NCBI GenBank assembly: GCA_043228905.1
Contig: JBHGNT010000016.1
Location: 1,302,001-1,366,000 of the forward strand
Direction of reading: 5' to 3'
DNA: 64,000 nucleotides
Source: Azolla caroliniana
Lineage: Eukaryota > Plantae > Polypodiophyta
A program made the translations under genes and the position numbers. How positions within the stretch are numbered: position 1 is the stretch's first letter; every line of letters starts with the position of its first letter. Shown here piece by piece: positions 1-12,030 of this stretch. The notes below the pieces were generated by a model, which saw only the letters and a list, made by a program, of their open reading frames with translations, was not told the origin of the DNA and searched no databases.

Positions 1-1548
1 TGAGATCTTGTCCAAAAGCAGTGCATTGGCTTTATTAAAGTGGCCAGCACGAGCAAATAGATCGATCATACATGCGAGATGCTCTAGCTTTGGACTAAGG
101 CCATATACACTACACATTTCATCAAACAATTCCTCTCCTTCCTTCAATAGACCAGCATGACTACATGCGTTAAGTGATAGAAGGAAAGTGACCAGATTTG
201 GGAACATACCTTCCCTCCTCATTCTTACAAATAACTCTAAAACCATACTAACTTTACCTAATTGAGCATACCCAGCCATAAGGGCATTCCAAGCAACAAC
301 ATCACGTCTCAAATGTTGTTCAAATGCTTCTCGAGCTCTCTCCAAAGCACCACATTTGGCATACATGTCAATCAATGCGGTGTTAATTACTATGTCTTTT
401 TGCAATAATCCGCTCTTTCTGAGCTCAGAACTTATACCTTCCCCAGTCTCTAAAGACCCAACAATACCACAGGCTTTCAAAACACAAATATAAGTCACCA
501 AATTCGGATGTATTCCCTCATTTTGCATCTGGTCAAAGCAATCCAATGCTTCCTCACCAAATCCATGCTCCACATATCCACCAATGAGAGCCGTCCAAGA
601 CACAACATCCCTTATTGGAAGCTCTTCAAGTGTTTCTCGTGCTTTATCGAGCGCACCACACTTGACATACATGTCCACCAATGTACTCCTAAGTACCTTA
701 TCTTTGCGCAATAGCCCTTGTTTTCTAACCTCAATAACTATATCTTCTCCCATCTCTAAATCCCCTACAATGCCACAGGCTCTCAAAATACAGGCATAAG
801 TTACTGCATCTGGGCACATCCCCTCATATTCCATTTGCCTAAAGCATTTCAATGCTTCATCACCGAGCTGATGCCGGGTATATCCAGATATTAATGCATT
901 CCAAGACACAACATCTCGCATCGGAAGTTGCTCAAATACTTTGCGGGCTTTGTCCATTGCCCCACATTTAGCATACATATCCACTAACGTGTTTCCAAGC
1001 ACAACTTCCTCATGCAAAAGCCCTTGTTTTCGAACCTCAGCATCTATCCTTTCTCCGATCTCAATAGATCCGGCAATTCCACAAGCTTTCAAAGCAGAGA
1101 TATACGTGGCCACATTTGGGAAAACCCCCTCGTCTTGCATTTGTATAAAGCATTTCAAAGCTTCTTCACCAAGGCCATTATGGATATACCCACCTATCAA
1201 TGCATTCCAAGAAACCACGTCTCTGATTGAAAGCTTTTCAAACACTTCTTGAGCTTCTCTTAAAGAACCGCATTTGGCATATGCTGCAAATAAGGAAGTG
1301 GCAATATACAGATCTTTCGAGATCAAGCCATTCTTGACGATTTCAGCATGTATATTTCTCGTTTTAAGTATGTTTTTCTCTTTTCCACACAATTGTATGA
1401 GATTTAGAAGATCGGATCGACCTTCGAACCGAACTTTGGGTAATGTACAATGAAAAGGAAGAAGCTTACGTGTGGAATCAGGCAGCAAGTTAAGGGGTTC
1501 CATTACCTTGATTTTGGTCCAAGGAGGGTTGGAAGAGAACCCATCCAT
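1..1548 (-). CDS. PLS-class pentatricopeptide repeat protein (organellar RNA-editing factor type), 3' end outside the window
   Basis: Manual translation from ATG 1548 (MDGFSSNPPW...; second ATG at 1503) gives repeated L-S-P triplets (DLYIATSLFAAYAKCGSLREAQEVF / DVVSWNALIGGY / TYISALKACG). It ends in a P2-L2-S2-like block (VTFLLSLNACSHAGLLKEG...LEHLACMIDLFARAG). It is missing from the ORF track because no stop falls inside the window. Confidence 0.93.
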   Translation of the reverse strand, partial: MDGFSSNPPWTKIKVMEPLNLLPDSTRKLLPFHCTLPKVRFEGRSDLLNLIQLCGKEKNILKTRNIHAEIVKNGLISKDLYIATSLFAAYAKCGSLREAQEVFEKLSIRDVVSWNALIGGYIHNGLGEEALKCFIQMQDEGVFPNVATYISALKACGIAGSIEIGERIDAEVRKQGLLHEEVVLGNTLVDMYAKCGAMDKARKVFEQLPMRDVVSWNALISGYTRHQLGDEALKCFRQMEYEGMCPDAVTYACILRACGIVGDLEMGEDIVIEVRKQGLLRKDKVLRSTLVDMYVKCGALDKARETLEELPIRDVVSWTALIGGYVEHGFGEEALDCFDQMQNEGIHPNLVTYICVLKACGIVGSLETGEGISSELRKSGLLQKDIVINTALIDMYAKCGALERAREAFEQHLRRDVVAWNALMAGYAQLGKVSMVLELFVRMRREGMFPNLVTFLLSLNACSHAGLLKEGEELFDEMCSVYGLSPKLEHLACMIDLFARAGHFNKANALLLDKIS

Positions 1549-1703
1549 CAAAAGCTTTCTTTCTCTGTATATGTGTATATAATACATATAGGAAATCAGG
1601 GGACATTAAGCTAATCCTCTGTAACAAGGAAGATGTGACCATCATTGGATGACATAAAAAAGGGCTGTGGTGCCTGCCGATGTGGCCAGAAAGGGAAGTA
1701 AGT

Positions 1704-1851
1704 CGTGCTGACGTGGCGATCAATTGTGATGCTGACGTGGCGATAAACAAGAGGGGTTCTCGTGATGCTGATGTGGCAATAAACAAGAGGGGCCGTCGTG
1801 ATGCTGATGTGGCGATAAACAATGGAATCGTGATGCTGATGTGGCGATAAA
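1704..1851. repeat. Five degenerate tandem copies of GTGATGCTGAYGTGGCRATAAA upstream of the PPR start
   Basis: Units are visible at about 1704, 1726, 1762, 1798 and 1830; two retain TGACGTGGC. Confidence 0.8.
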
Positions 1852-2199
1852 TGGGGAGGGGAGGGGGGGGGCACAGTGTTGTGTTGGTGAGGCAATTAAT
1901 GGGAGTCTATCATGGTGAAGTTGTGATTTAATTGGGGCCAATGTGGTGGCGATAATCATCAATGGGCAGTGTGGTGTTGATGTATCATGTGTCGATTATC
2001 GAGGGTATATGCATAGTGGATGGTCTCAAAATGACCTTTTTGTGGCAATGAACACTTCATTTATCCCGAAAAGCCTAAGTACCCTTGGGATAAGGGTCAT
2101 GATGTCAACGTGATGTCCCAAATAAGAAGATTTGTTTGAGTGGACATGGTGAGGACATAACTTTGTTTCTGTTTTATCTTGTTTTTTTTATGAGAATTA

Positions 2200-2392
2200 G
2201 AATTTTTTATCGTCCATAAAGAGGCCAATTTTGACCTATGTGACTAGAGTATACATGTGTTCTTGATATGTGTCTCCTTCCTAAGAAGGGGTATTCAAAT
2301 TTCATACATTGAAGCACAAAGTCTCTATGTGTGAATAAAGCGTACACACATAAGCTCAACCTTCTCGGTGGTGTCTTAAGTATGGCTGGCAC
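2200..2392 (-). mobile_element. Short 3'-end fragment of a non-L1 LINE (same family as 30393-30798)
   Basis: ILKTPPRRLSLCVYALFTHRDFVLQCM matches ILKRTPRRLGLYVYALFAHQDLVLQRM at about 30500. The DNA 3' of it (TTGGCCTCT..TATGGACG) also matches. Confidence 0.75.
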
Positions 2393-3398
2393 TTAAGAGT
2401 TGTGGGTATGGAGTGAAAAAAGAAAAGAAAATCTCATAAAATAAAACTAAAATTTGTGATAGAGTGAGATTTCAGCGTTTTTTTTTCCATAAAAAACATG
2501 CTCCATTGGTATTAAAATAAAAAAGGCTAGAGGCACTATACAAATAGTATATAATGTTAGATTCATCTCCACAAGTAATCATCAAAGAAAGGAGCAAATA
2601 TAAGCGATGGCATTTGGCAAAATGAGGCTAATTATAATCCATGAATACAACTCTCAGCCTTTGCCAATAACGTCTTTGCTACGACAAGCTAGGAGACCGC
2701 ATATAAAGGCGATAGAATCGGGGACCATACCGTCAATCTCCGACACGTGAAAAAAAGTTAGTGTTTCATTGAAACATCTACGTTTTATACGCTCTATCAT
2801 CATTGCATTCCATGAGACCACATCTATAGTTAGAAGCGTCTAAAACACATCTTCCTTTGCCCCTTGTCAAGGTCTCTAAAAACTTCATGTTGCAGACAAA
2901 GTTGGTTGATTTCAGCGTTATCAACTAATAGCATTTAGATTTTGATCATCATCCGATCAATCATTCAAATTTGCATGCTTCTTACATGTATAACAAATTC
3001 TCAAAGTTGGCTTGTGTTTTCTTTTAACAATTAGTTGCAAGACATACATATATTGTATGCTTTAGATCGAAGTTGAGGCTAGTGATTATAATTAACGACT
3101 ACATGAAGGGATTGATACGTAGCCATGGGAAGATTCAAACATAGTCCGAACGTCAAGAGTAAGCATATGCCGTCGATGTGGGCATGCCATGTAGAGCTTT
3201 CGCGAGAATGGCGTAAAAACCGTAGAGGGAAACTATATCACATTGGGTGTAAATTCGGGCCACTCTTTTCTCACATTCTTCGCATGCATGCGATAGATAC
3301 ATATAAGGGATAAATTTGCCGAGTGTTTTGGGTATGGGAGATTTGTGTGGACACGCACACACACGAGTCTTGTGGTTATTATGCAGTCTAATACCAAT

Positions 3399-3830
3399 TA
3401 ACAATCGGCAATGGTTCGGTTCGGTTTGAGAGGGTCCAAACTGAACCGTTTAAATTTTTTGAAACTTGAACCAAACCGAACCACGAAACCGTTAAACATT
3501 ATTCAAACTGTTAAACCGTAAAAACCATGGTTTCGGTTTTCAACATAGGTCAAATTTTTAAATTTTTAATATTTTTAAAAATTTTAAGATGTTCCTAAAA
3601 TGTGAGAATAAGGTCTAAAAATGAAAAGATTGTTTAAAAACAATTTTCTAAATTTTTAAGAAAAAAGAAAAAAGAAAAAAACCCACGGATTTTGACTGTT
3701 GAAACCGAACACAAACCGAACCATTAATAAAAACCTAAACCTGAACTGAGCAGAACCGTTGAAACCTTTAAGCCGTTAAACCGAGATTAGCGGTTCGGTT
3801 CGGTTCAAACCGAACCGTTGCCGATTGTTA
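3399..3830. mobile_element. Non-autonomous hAT-type MITE, 432 bp, with AACCG subterminal repeats
   Basis: TIR TAACAATCGGCAA(T/C)GGTTCGGTT at both ends; perfect 8-bp TSD ATACCAAT at 3391-3398 and 3831-3838. Confidence 0.92.
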
Positions 3831-3947
3831 ATACCAATGCAAGACGAGCAAAGAAGAGGCCCGAGCTTTGTCCAGACAAAACTTTCAAAGTGTGAAACTG
3901 ACAATGGCTTGATATAGCCGTTTTTTGGCGGGAAAATAGATCCTCCT

Positions 3948-3978
<31 letters not shown>

Positions 3979-4017
3979 GTCACTCTCAGTCTCTCTCTTT
4001 TCTGGTCTGCATTGTCC

Positions 4018-6441
4018 ATGGCTTCTCAGCTGCAGATGGACGCCTCGTCGTCTTTGTCTTACGAAGAGGCTCGCAGACAAAGGCTCGAAGAGAACCAGAG
4101 ACGGATGCAGGTAACGTAACAATAATACTAATGATAACAAGAAGAAGAATTAGCGATCTTTTCATTTTCTCTTCTTCTTCTTCTTCTTCTTCGTCTTTCT
4201 TTTCTTTTACGTTTAGGTCCATTTACATTGCCTACGGATACTGATGAATTCTTGCTATCCTTTCGTCTCTGTGCTGTATACACACACAATAGGAGCTTGG
4301 ACTTGCAAACCTCTCCAAGAATTTGATAAACGACGTTAATGCTGCTGCAAAGACTCCTTCGGTAAAATCACAGGTAAAGACGTTTATATACGTGTGTATG
4401 TATGTGTGTGTTTCTTGTCATAGCCTTAAACATGAAGAATTTTCTGTGTCGAGTTTAACTTCTAAAGTTTGTCTGAAATCAAAAAATTTCCTTTCTGTGT
4501 ACGTTTAAAAACCATTGTTTTTATTGTTCCTTTACAGAACATCCGTCATGTAAAACTTCGTGGTTCAAAGGATTCTCCTGGCAGTGAGTTGAGACGTTCC
4601 TCACGAGTTGCAAGTAATCCTTCACCTGATTATCGTGAGGTATATTATGCATCACTCTTGGTTCATTAATCTCTGAGAAATCTTAAAGAACTAGCGTTTC
4701 AAACTATCTTTTTTACATGCGTCCTGATGTTTATGTTTTTATACATTCTTTCAAATTGTAGGTTGATTCTTACAACAGTGTGGGTCGCAGAAGGTGAGTT
4801 TTTTGGCAAATGTATAATATATGTTGACAGATGTATGCATGTTCTTTTGATAAACTTTTAAATGCTTTGTGAAATTTTGATATGCATATCTTATTGTGTT
4901 TTTTATGGGTTGGTTTATGTAGTTATTCTTCGAGAGCTTCTTCTTTGTTAAATCGGAAGTATGCATCTGACGAGGCGAGGTTGGATGCAATACTACATGC
5001 CGAAACGATAATGAAAGAGTTGCCTCTCAGTAATCCATCGTTTGTCAAACCAATGCTTCAGTCACATGTTACAGGTGGATTTTGGCTGGTATGGGTCGTA
5101 CATTTATACAACTATTAGAAATTGTGCTTCTGCATGAGAATGTGCTCCTATATAACTATTAGAGGTTGTCCATGTTTACCACCAATAGAGATTATGTTCT
5201 TATGCCAGTAGATTGTGCGAGTTTTAAATTATTTTTTATTAAAACAATTTCACAGGGTTTACCGTCAAGCTTCTGCAAAAATCACTTGCCAAAGAAGGAT
5301 GAAACAATTGTGCTCGAGAATGAGAAGGGTGAAGAATGGGATTGTGTGTATCTAGGGAATAAATCAGGTTTAAGTGGCGGTTGGAGAGGATTCTCTCTTG
5401 ATCATGGATTGGTAGATGGAGATGCTCTGGTTTTTGAGCTCATTGAACCTTGCAGATTCAAGGTAAATAGAGTGAGTCGGTGAGATATGATTTACCAGCC
5501 ATGGGACCCCCATATGCCCCTTGAAACCAACAATTATTTCAAAGCACTTTTACTAGCTATATAGGTCAAGATTTTTTAAATGGTAGAGAAAAAAAGAAAG
5601 AAAAATACTGAAATCGAAAACTAAGATTGTTTCTGGATTCCACCATTTGTAGTGTTAATGAAATTGGTTCTATGGTTGAGTAGACGTGCAAACAGTGCCT
5701 AGTATCAGTGACCTAGTTCTGACTCCACCAAGAGTTCTTAAAAGCTAGTACAACCTTGTAGATATTTCTGAAAAGTGTGTACTCCATAAAGTATTTGAAA
5801 GTATGAACCACTTTAATTCTCTCCCCTTCATAACTTGACAATGTTTACATCATTTCCTTGGTCTTAGACATGTTGACGACTGCTAGCCTAAGAGCTTCAC
5901 AGAATCCATGTACCTACTGTGTTTAAAGGCTTTCGCAGAGGCTTTCGCAGTCTCATCTGTAAATAGGAAGAGAAAAGGGAGGAACAATTACATACACAAC
6001 TTTTACGTATGAGTAAGTATGTATATAAGAGTTTGTTCCTTATCACAGGTTCATATTGTGAGAGGTTCTGAACCAGAAAATGCAGAAACATTTGAACCCC
6101 AGCTGAAGACAGAGACTATAGGAGAAAAAGCTGGTGTTTTGAAAGATATAAAGACAGATGATGTTGAAGAACTAGCAGTTTCAAAACAAGGAAAAGGAAA
6201 GAAGCAAGAGTGGATTAAAGTTGTTGATGATGAAGAGAAATCTCATAAGAATGCTAGTCCCAGTAAGCAAAGCAAGAAGAGAAAGAGGAAAGAAAAAGAT
6301 GAAGATATTGATGATTTATTTGAAGTGAAAGAAGAGAAGAATGAGATCACATCTTACCTGAGAACTAGGAAAGCACTTTCTCCTGCAAGGGTGACCAAGA
6401 AAGCCATGAGCAGTTGCAGTTCAGGTATACAAGTTTGTTGA
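4018..6441 (+). CDS. B3 domain-containing protein (REM-like subfamily with N-terminal YEE.R..R.EEN motif); exons about 4018-4110, 4293-4373, 4538-4639, 4762-4793, 4923-5088, 5256-5462, 6049-6441
   Basis: The spliced frame with GT/AG sites reads SYEEARRQRLEENQRRMQ-ELGL...RRSSRVA...PSFVKPMLQSHVTGGFWL-GLPSSFC...GLSGGWRGFSLDHGLVDGDALVFEL, followed by a K/E-rich tail with a basic NLS-like KKRKRK. Confidence 0.9.
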
Positions 6442-7917
6442 GAAGTTTCACACTTGCTTTGATGAAACTCTAGCATGAATCAAATCCTCCTGTATGTAGT
6501 CCCCCCACCAACCTTCACTTCTCTTATATTATAACAACAATGGTTACCATTTTTGGCTTCTTATTGAGAAAATGTTTGATAATTGGTATAATCAATAGGC
6601 ATGTTTTTGGTGACGTTTGCTAGTTTTGTCGCAACATTTCTGTTTATTGCTGTCAGCCACATGGAAGCAGCATATATCAGCAGAATATAGAAAGTTTCTC
6701 CGAATGCTCTTTTTGTTTTTGCATTAGTTTCCCAAATGCCCTGGTATACTCTTTGGATTCATCATATTACACCAAAGATAGTAGTGATCTGATTAAAATC
6801 TTGTGTTTTGAAAAGGACAAGCAGATTCCAAATAGATAGATAGCAGTTGTTTCTACACCAATGTATTTGAAGTAGTTTGACAATGCATCCTGATACCTAC
6901 CATCTCTGTGTATGAAAATTTATATACATACGTGAGGACTGTATGGACACTTGACACGAAGGCAACTCTTCCCTCCATGGAGAACATCAGAAAAGAAACT
7001 AGTCACATGGTGACAGTAAATCTCCATGAGCAACAAACATCATGTGATAGTGTGAGTGACAAAAGCTAAGGCAAATTTACTGTACACCTCCAAATCTAAT
7101 TGTATTGGCATTCACCTTAGTATATGTGAAATTTTTGGTAGCTTGCGAGATGTCTAATTGTGTGAATAAGGTCATGTTGGTAAAGTGCAATTTTGCAACA
7201 ATCATGTACACTTCCAAATATAGTAAAGTGATAATGTACTGCACACTTCCAAATATAGTTGTATCTGCATTTTTCTTAGCATCTGTGTGAAATTTCAATA
7301 TCTTCAGAGATGTCTAGTTGAGATTTTGGAATGACGTGGGAAAATGGAAGAATAACATAATATTTGATGCCATTCAGGTTATAAGAGAATCTTGGCTGCA
7401 AGAAATCTATGCGACCACGTATGTAATCCATAAAAGCATTTGAAAATTCAGAACGTTTTAGAAGTCACCCAGAATGTTTTAGAATATTTGCTGTTTCAGA
7501 AGGACATGCTTCAAGAATCATATTAATTCTCCACAGAAAAACTTGTTCAATAAAAACCAACATCCAGCTTATGAATGGACACTCTCCAACTTGATGCTCT
7601 GAAGCTTCTCCTAAATTGATGCAAATAACATCGAGCATTGACTATGTCATCTGATCAAACAATTTATGGGATTGACAATTACGAGAGCTTCATGCCTAGA
7701 GCTTCACAGAAGATGACAACTACATCCGATAACATATAGTAGAGGGACATAATTGACAACAGCATTCCATCTGTTTAACATGCATTGGATGTACATTATC
7801 ACTTTTGCTCAGCATATCGATACATGTCTATACATTATCACTCTCTCTCTCTCTCATCGAATTATTCGCACTGTAGTGACACACATCAAAACTTTGTCCA
7901 TTGGACACAAAAAGCCT

Positions 7918-10826
7918 TCAAGAGACTGAATTGCGTCTTGTCCGAACAGTCCGAACTACAGATTCTTGTTGCTTTGATCCCCGGCATTTCCTTCCAAAAG
8001 GATTCATCCTACTTATAGTCCTGATAATACTCAGGCTCAGAAATTTCTGCTTTGGTGTCTTGTCTACATCAGACTTACTACTTATCCAACCTTTCTCGAG
8101 ATCATTGAGTTTACTCTTCATTCTTGCCACTTCAAGCCTCAGTTCTTCATTTTCTTGCCTCAGTGATGTATAGCTGTCCCTCGGCGTTATGACTTGACTG
8201 GTGGTTCCACTCTGCATTCTGTCTGAAGTACCATGTTCTGCCATTATATACAGCTGATTCTGGTTATCAACATCATTGTAAAGAGCATTATGTAGCCTAA
8301 TTTGCTCTAAGTACAGTACTTGAACAATCATATGCACCGGAAGACGATCATTCTGAGCTGCATGTGAACAAGCCTCTTGTGAGAGTTTTTGACAGTCTAT
8401 CACTTTGCAAATCCTCTTTCTTTCAGTGTTGGAGATCGATGGGTGTGCCTAAAAGAGAAGATACGATTGTAGGTCAGTTAAATTGACAACATGAACAGAA
8501 GAAAACCAGATCGTTGAGCAAAATCCCATTGCAGGGCTGATTGGTGGCTATGACTACTTACCACGCCCATTCAACAAGTCAATGAAAAACCTTACATCTA
8601 AAAATTAAATGGAAGTTAGGGGGTGCTAGCAAGGAACGGAACAAGGTTGCGTAATTTCAGACGTTTGGCTTAGTTTTGGGTCATTGTGCCTTGTAGATGA
8701 TGAGCCATGGTGCATCTATGAATCAGTTGGAGACGTATTAGAAGTGGGTACTGGACAAGGAACAGACGTGATAACTAAGAGAGTAAAGACTCCCAAAGCT
8801 CCCCAGTTTATTTAATGGTGTACTGTGTAGAACCGAGAGTAGTTTCTCATACTGTTCTATTCATGATGCTACACAACAATGCTTTACTATTTTTATGCGG
8901 TTAAGGGGCTGATTACTGGTGGCTAAACACTTAAGTATCCAAGCACATGATGCATCCTCATTATTATTAACACACTATAAAGAGATGATTGCCATGCTGT
9001 CAAAATTGAAGTTTGGGACTACACCTTCAGGTATACATCGACAGCCCTATATATACCATCGTGATCGATCCGTGAAGATTTTGGCACTGCATCACTTAAC
9101 TTTATGAACTTAGAGGCTGGCAAGTTAGGATCAGCTGCTACCTCTGCCAAGAAAGTATCAATCAATTTCGATACTTTCCTCATCGTCATTTCTGAGCCAG
9201 AGTTTGATGCAGCTGAACCGATGTGAAAATGGGGTGAAATAGGGATGTCACCATCCTCATCACCAACATCATCATCATTTTTCTGCACAAACGTAACCAC
9301 AAGACGATGAACAAAATCCACATCAAAGAGAGCACCATTGGCACAGGATGATGAATGAATAACCAGATCTTCTAAGGTTGTTTGATCAAGCTCAGCACCA
9401 ATCCTTCTTTCAAGATCCATCTGACAAGCTATAGTTGTATCAAGAAGACGCGATGCCCATAATAACCTAAACAAGAATCCCATAGGGACAAGCCGTTTCT
9501 CTGCAGGTAAAAGATTGACAATTGTTTCCAGAACTATTCGATGATGATGATGATCAAGTAAATGAACTTTCTCGTGCAAGTGTTCTGAATCATTCCTTGC
9601 ATTGCTACTCAATGTTTTGAGAAACTGTAGGGCATAATGCATTACTGCACCAGCAATGGCGCCTGTCTGCATACCTTTAGATCTGATAGTCTGTAATACC
9701 TGTTGAAAGGAATGAATAGGTAGACACAACAACTCATCTGCCCACCACTCAGTAACAGCGTCTGGTTCATGATTCGTATTTGAGTCTCCAAGCTTACTGA
9801 AACCATGTTTATCTAGAGAATCTTTCGATGAACTTCTGCAGAGAATACAAGCTATGGCGTTGATGCATCTGGACACTATCCTTAAATCTTCTGCTACTGG
9901 AAGAAGAGTTTGGCAAGAGCATAAGACTTGGATAGTGCTCTTTAGATCTGTAAACACAACATCTGTGAGGACATTCTCTGTGTTAGATACAAGAGCTACA
10001 TCCTTTCCATATTCTTCAGTCATTTCAAGGTATTCAGCAGCACATCGTAACATGGCTACATTAGTAACATCAATCTCGAACTTGATGCCATAGCAGAATT
10101 TCGCAACTAGTGTGAAAGCATCTGCACCACCAGGTAAATCGGACAATACTAGCTTGATCATATCTGCTCCACCGTGGCTATCTATTTTCCTCTTCATCCA
10201 TCCACTCTTGGAAGAAAGTGAGCACTGTCAAGAAACCATTATGAGAGAAGCACGTAACCTACAAGATTGATTTGAGGACCCTAAACTTAGAGGGAAAATA
10301 TTAACGATAGAGGGTTAGCGTCATTGTATTCATCATTTGTGTAGGCAATGACCTAATTATCATTGGTGTATACAATTGCCTACTTATCAGTGATGTATAC
10401 AATGGCCTAATTATTGATCGTTTATGTATATAATGACCTAAATAATTATTGTTTATTTATAAAGCGACCTAATTGAATGTTAGTTGAGGCTCAAGTTGAA
10501 TCTAGCAATGCCATGAAACCATAGCAGATTAAGGATACTGTTCAAAATGTGCATTCAAAATTACCTTGTGAAGCGCAAACTTAACATCGTCTACTTCAAT
10601 GATGATATCGCTCAGAGTTTCAGGATTCTTGACGAGCCTGCAAAAACATAGCCTTGCTATAGGTAAATATTTTCTTTCCTCATGGAAAACTAGACACAGA
10701 ATGCGGAGACTATTATAAGCTTTTCGTGAACCACCTTGTTTGTGAAGGATCCTCGGATATGAATGTTTTTATCCTGTTTGGAGATTTTCTAGCCACAGAA
10801 AAACTTCTTCTGGTTGAGGTTCCCAT
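7918..10826 (-). CDS. BTB/POZ-NPH3 domain protein (NPH3/RPT2-like, NRL family), about 632 aa; exons 10826-10732, 10637-10565, 10224-9025, 8448-7918
   Basis: Motifs include SDIIIEV...FALHK, LPGGADAFTLVAKFCYG, LRCAAEYLEMTE, WWADEL, DGIYRAVDVYLK-AHP and DCQKLSQEACSHAAQNDRLP, then a coiled coil and the C-terminus RRNSVS. Splice phases are consistent. Confidence 0.93.
10333..10474. repeat. Intronic degenerate minisatellite, about 28 bp x5 (TGTATACAATGRCCTAATTAT core)
   Basis: Read directly in intron 2 of the NRL gene. Confidence 0.65.
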
Positions 10827-11769
10827 GAAGAACAATGGAAATGGGAATGTTTTTAGTATCAGAAAACAGTAAGGAGGGAGAGTTATTTGGCGCTGATGCA
10901 GACTATTGCTAAAGAGGGAGCAATTCGAATCCGCCCAGAAGCTATATTGCTAGACTATTGCTAGACTTCGATCCGCACCAAGATCTGAAACAGATCATAA
11001 AAATGTTTTAGAGGTGTTACGATACATGTCCTTGCTAACGGAAGAGCAATTTGAATGAGAACAGACACTATATATTATACTTAGATCAGCACCAAGAAAT
11101 GAACGATGAAACTGATTCAGTACGAATCAATACTAATAGCCATCCGATTCATTGCAAATACAGGAAGATGGAACATTGATAGTTCGACATTCTCCGAGGA
11201 GAGAAATGACAGTAGATTTCTTGAGGCATTTCCATGATCAGAAGCTATGGCGGTTTGTCATTATCCCATGGTTAATCTGCGTTTTATCGTTGTTAGATGG
11301 ACCTGCATAAAAAATATGCCAAAGACATTGATTCAGAACTAGCTGTGAAATGGCATGGAAAAACTGCGTTTTTTCTTTCATTTAAACATTTGGATCAAAC
11401 AAAAAAGTGCACGATGTACACGAGGTCAGAAGAGACGATAAAGATGAAAAGAAAATGAATTTCGTCTCTTCATCAACGAAGAACTTTGCAGAGCGAAGGG
11501 ATGGAAGCTCACATACATGAACACGGAATAGTCAGCTATGGAAAAGCTTTCGGAGAGAAGATACGTCTCTCGTACACAGACACAGACACATAAACAGGAG
11601 AAGACGGAATAATTTGTCTCAGCGCCTATAGAAAGCTCCATGAAGGAAATGAATAACAAAAACTGGCATTCTCTTCTGAAAATCTTCAAGAAATTAGAAA
11701 AAATAAAATCGGTAGCTCTTTATAAATCTCCATAGCCATGGGAGTGGAGAAACGAGCGTTTACTTGCGC

Positions 11770-12030
11770 GTAGTGTTTTCTGATTATGTAGCATAGGCAG
11801 AGAGAAGAAAGGCATAGACTAAGAAGAAGAATGTGTGATCTCAGCAAAGGAGTTGTCCCGCGGAGTGTTTTCTGATCATGTACCGCAGACAGAGAGAAGA
11901 AAGGAATAGAAGAAGAAGAAGAAGAAGAAGAAGAATGTGTGATCTCAGGAATGGAGTTTTCTTGGTGAAGAAACGAATCAGACAGACAGATTGAAGAAGA
12001 AGAAGAAGAACCGTGTGCGATCTCAGCTAT
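11770..12030. repeat. Degenerate repeats of about 80-110 bp, each with a (GAA)n tract followed by TGTGTGATCTCAG, in the likely 5' leader/promoter of the NRL gene
   Basis: AGAAGAATGTGTGATCTCAG at about 11825 and 11930, a variant at about 12005, and a duplicated GTGTTTTCTGAT..TGTA motif. Confidence 0.7.

Noticed and set aside
508-1252. Plus-strand ORFs of 68-103 aa
   Set aside because: Antisense shadows of the minus-strand PPR CDS.
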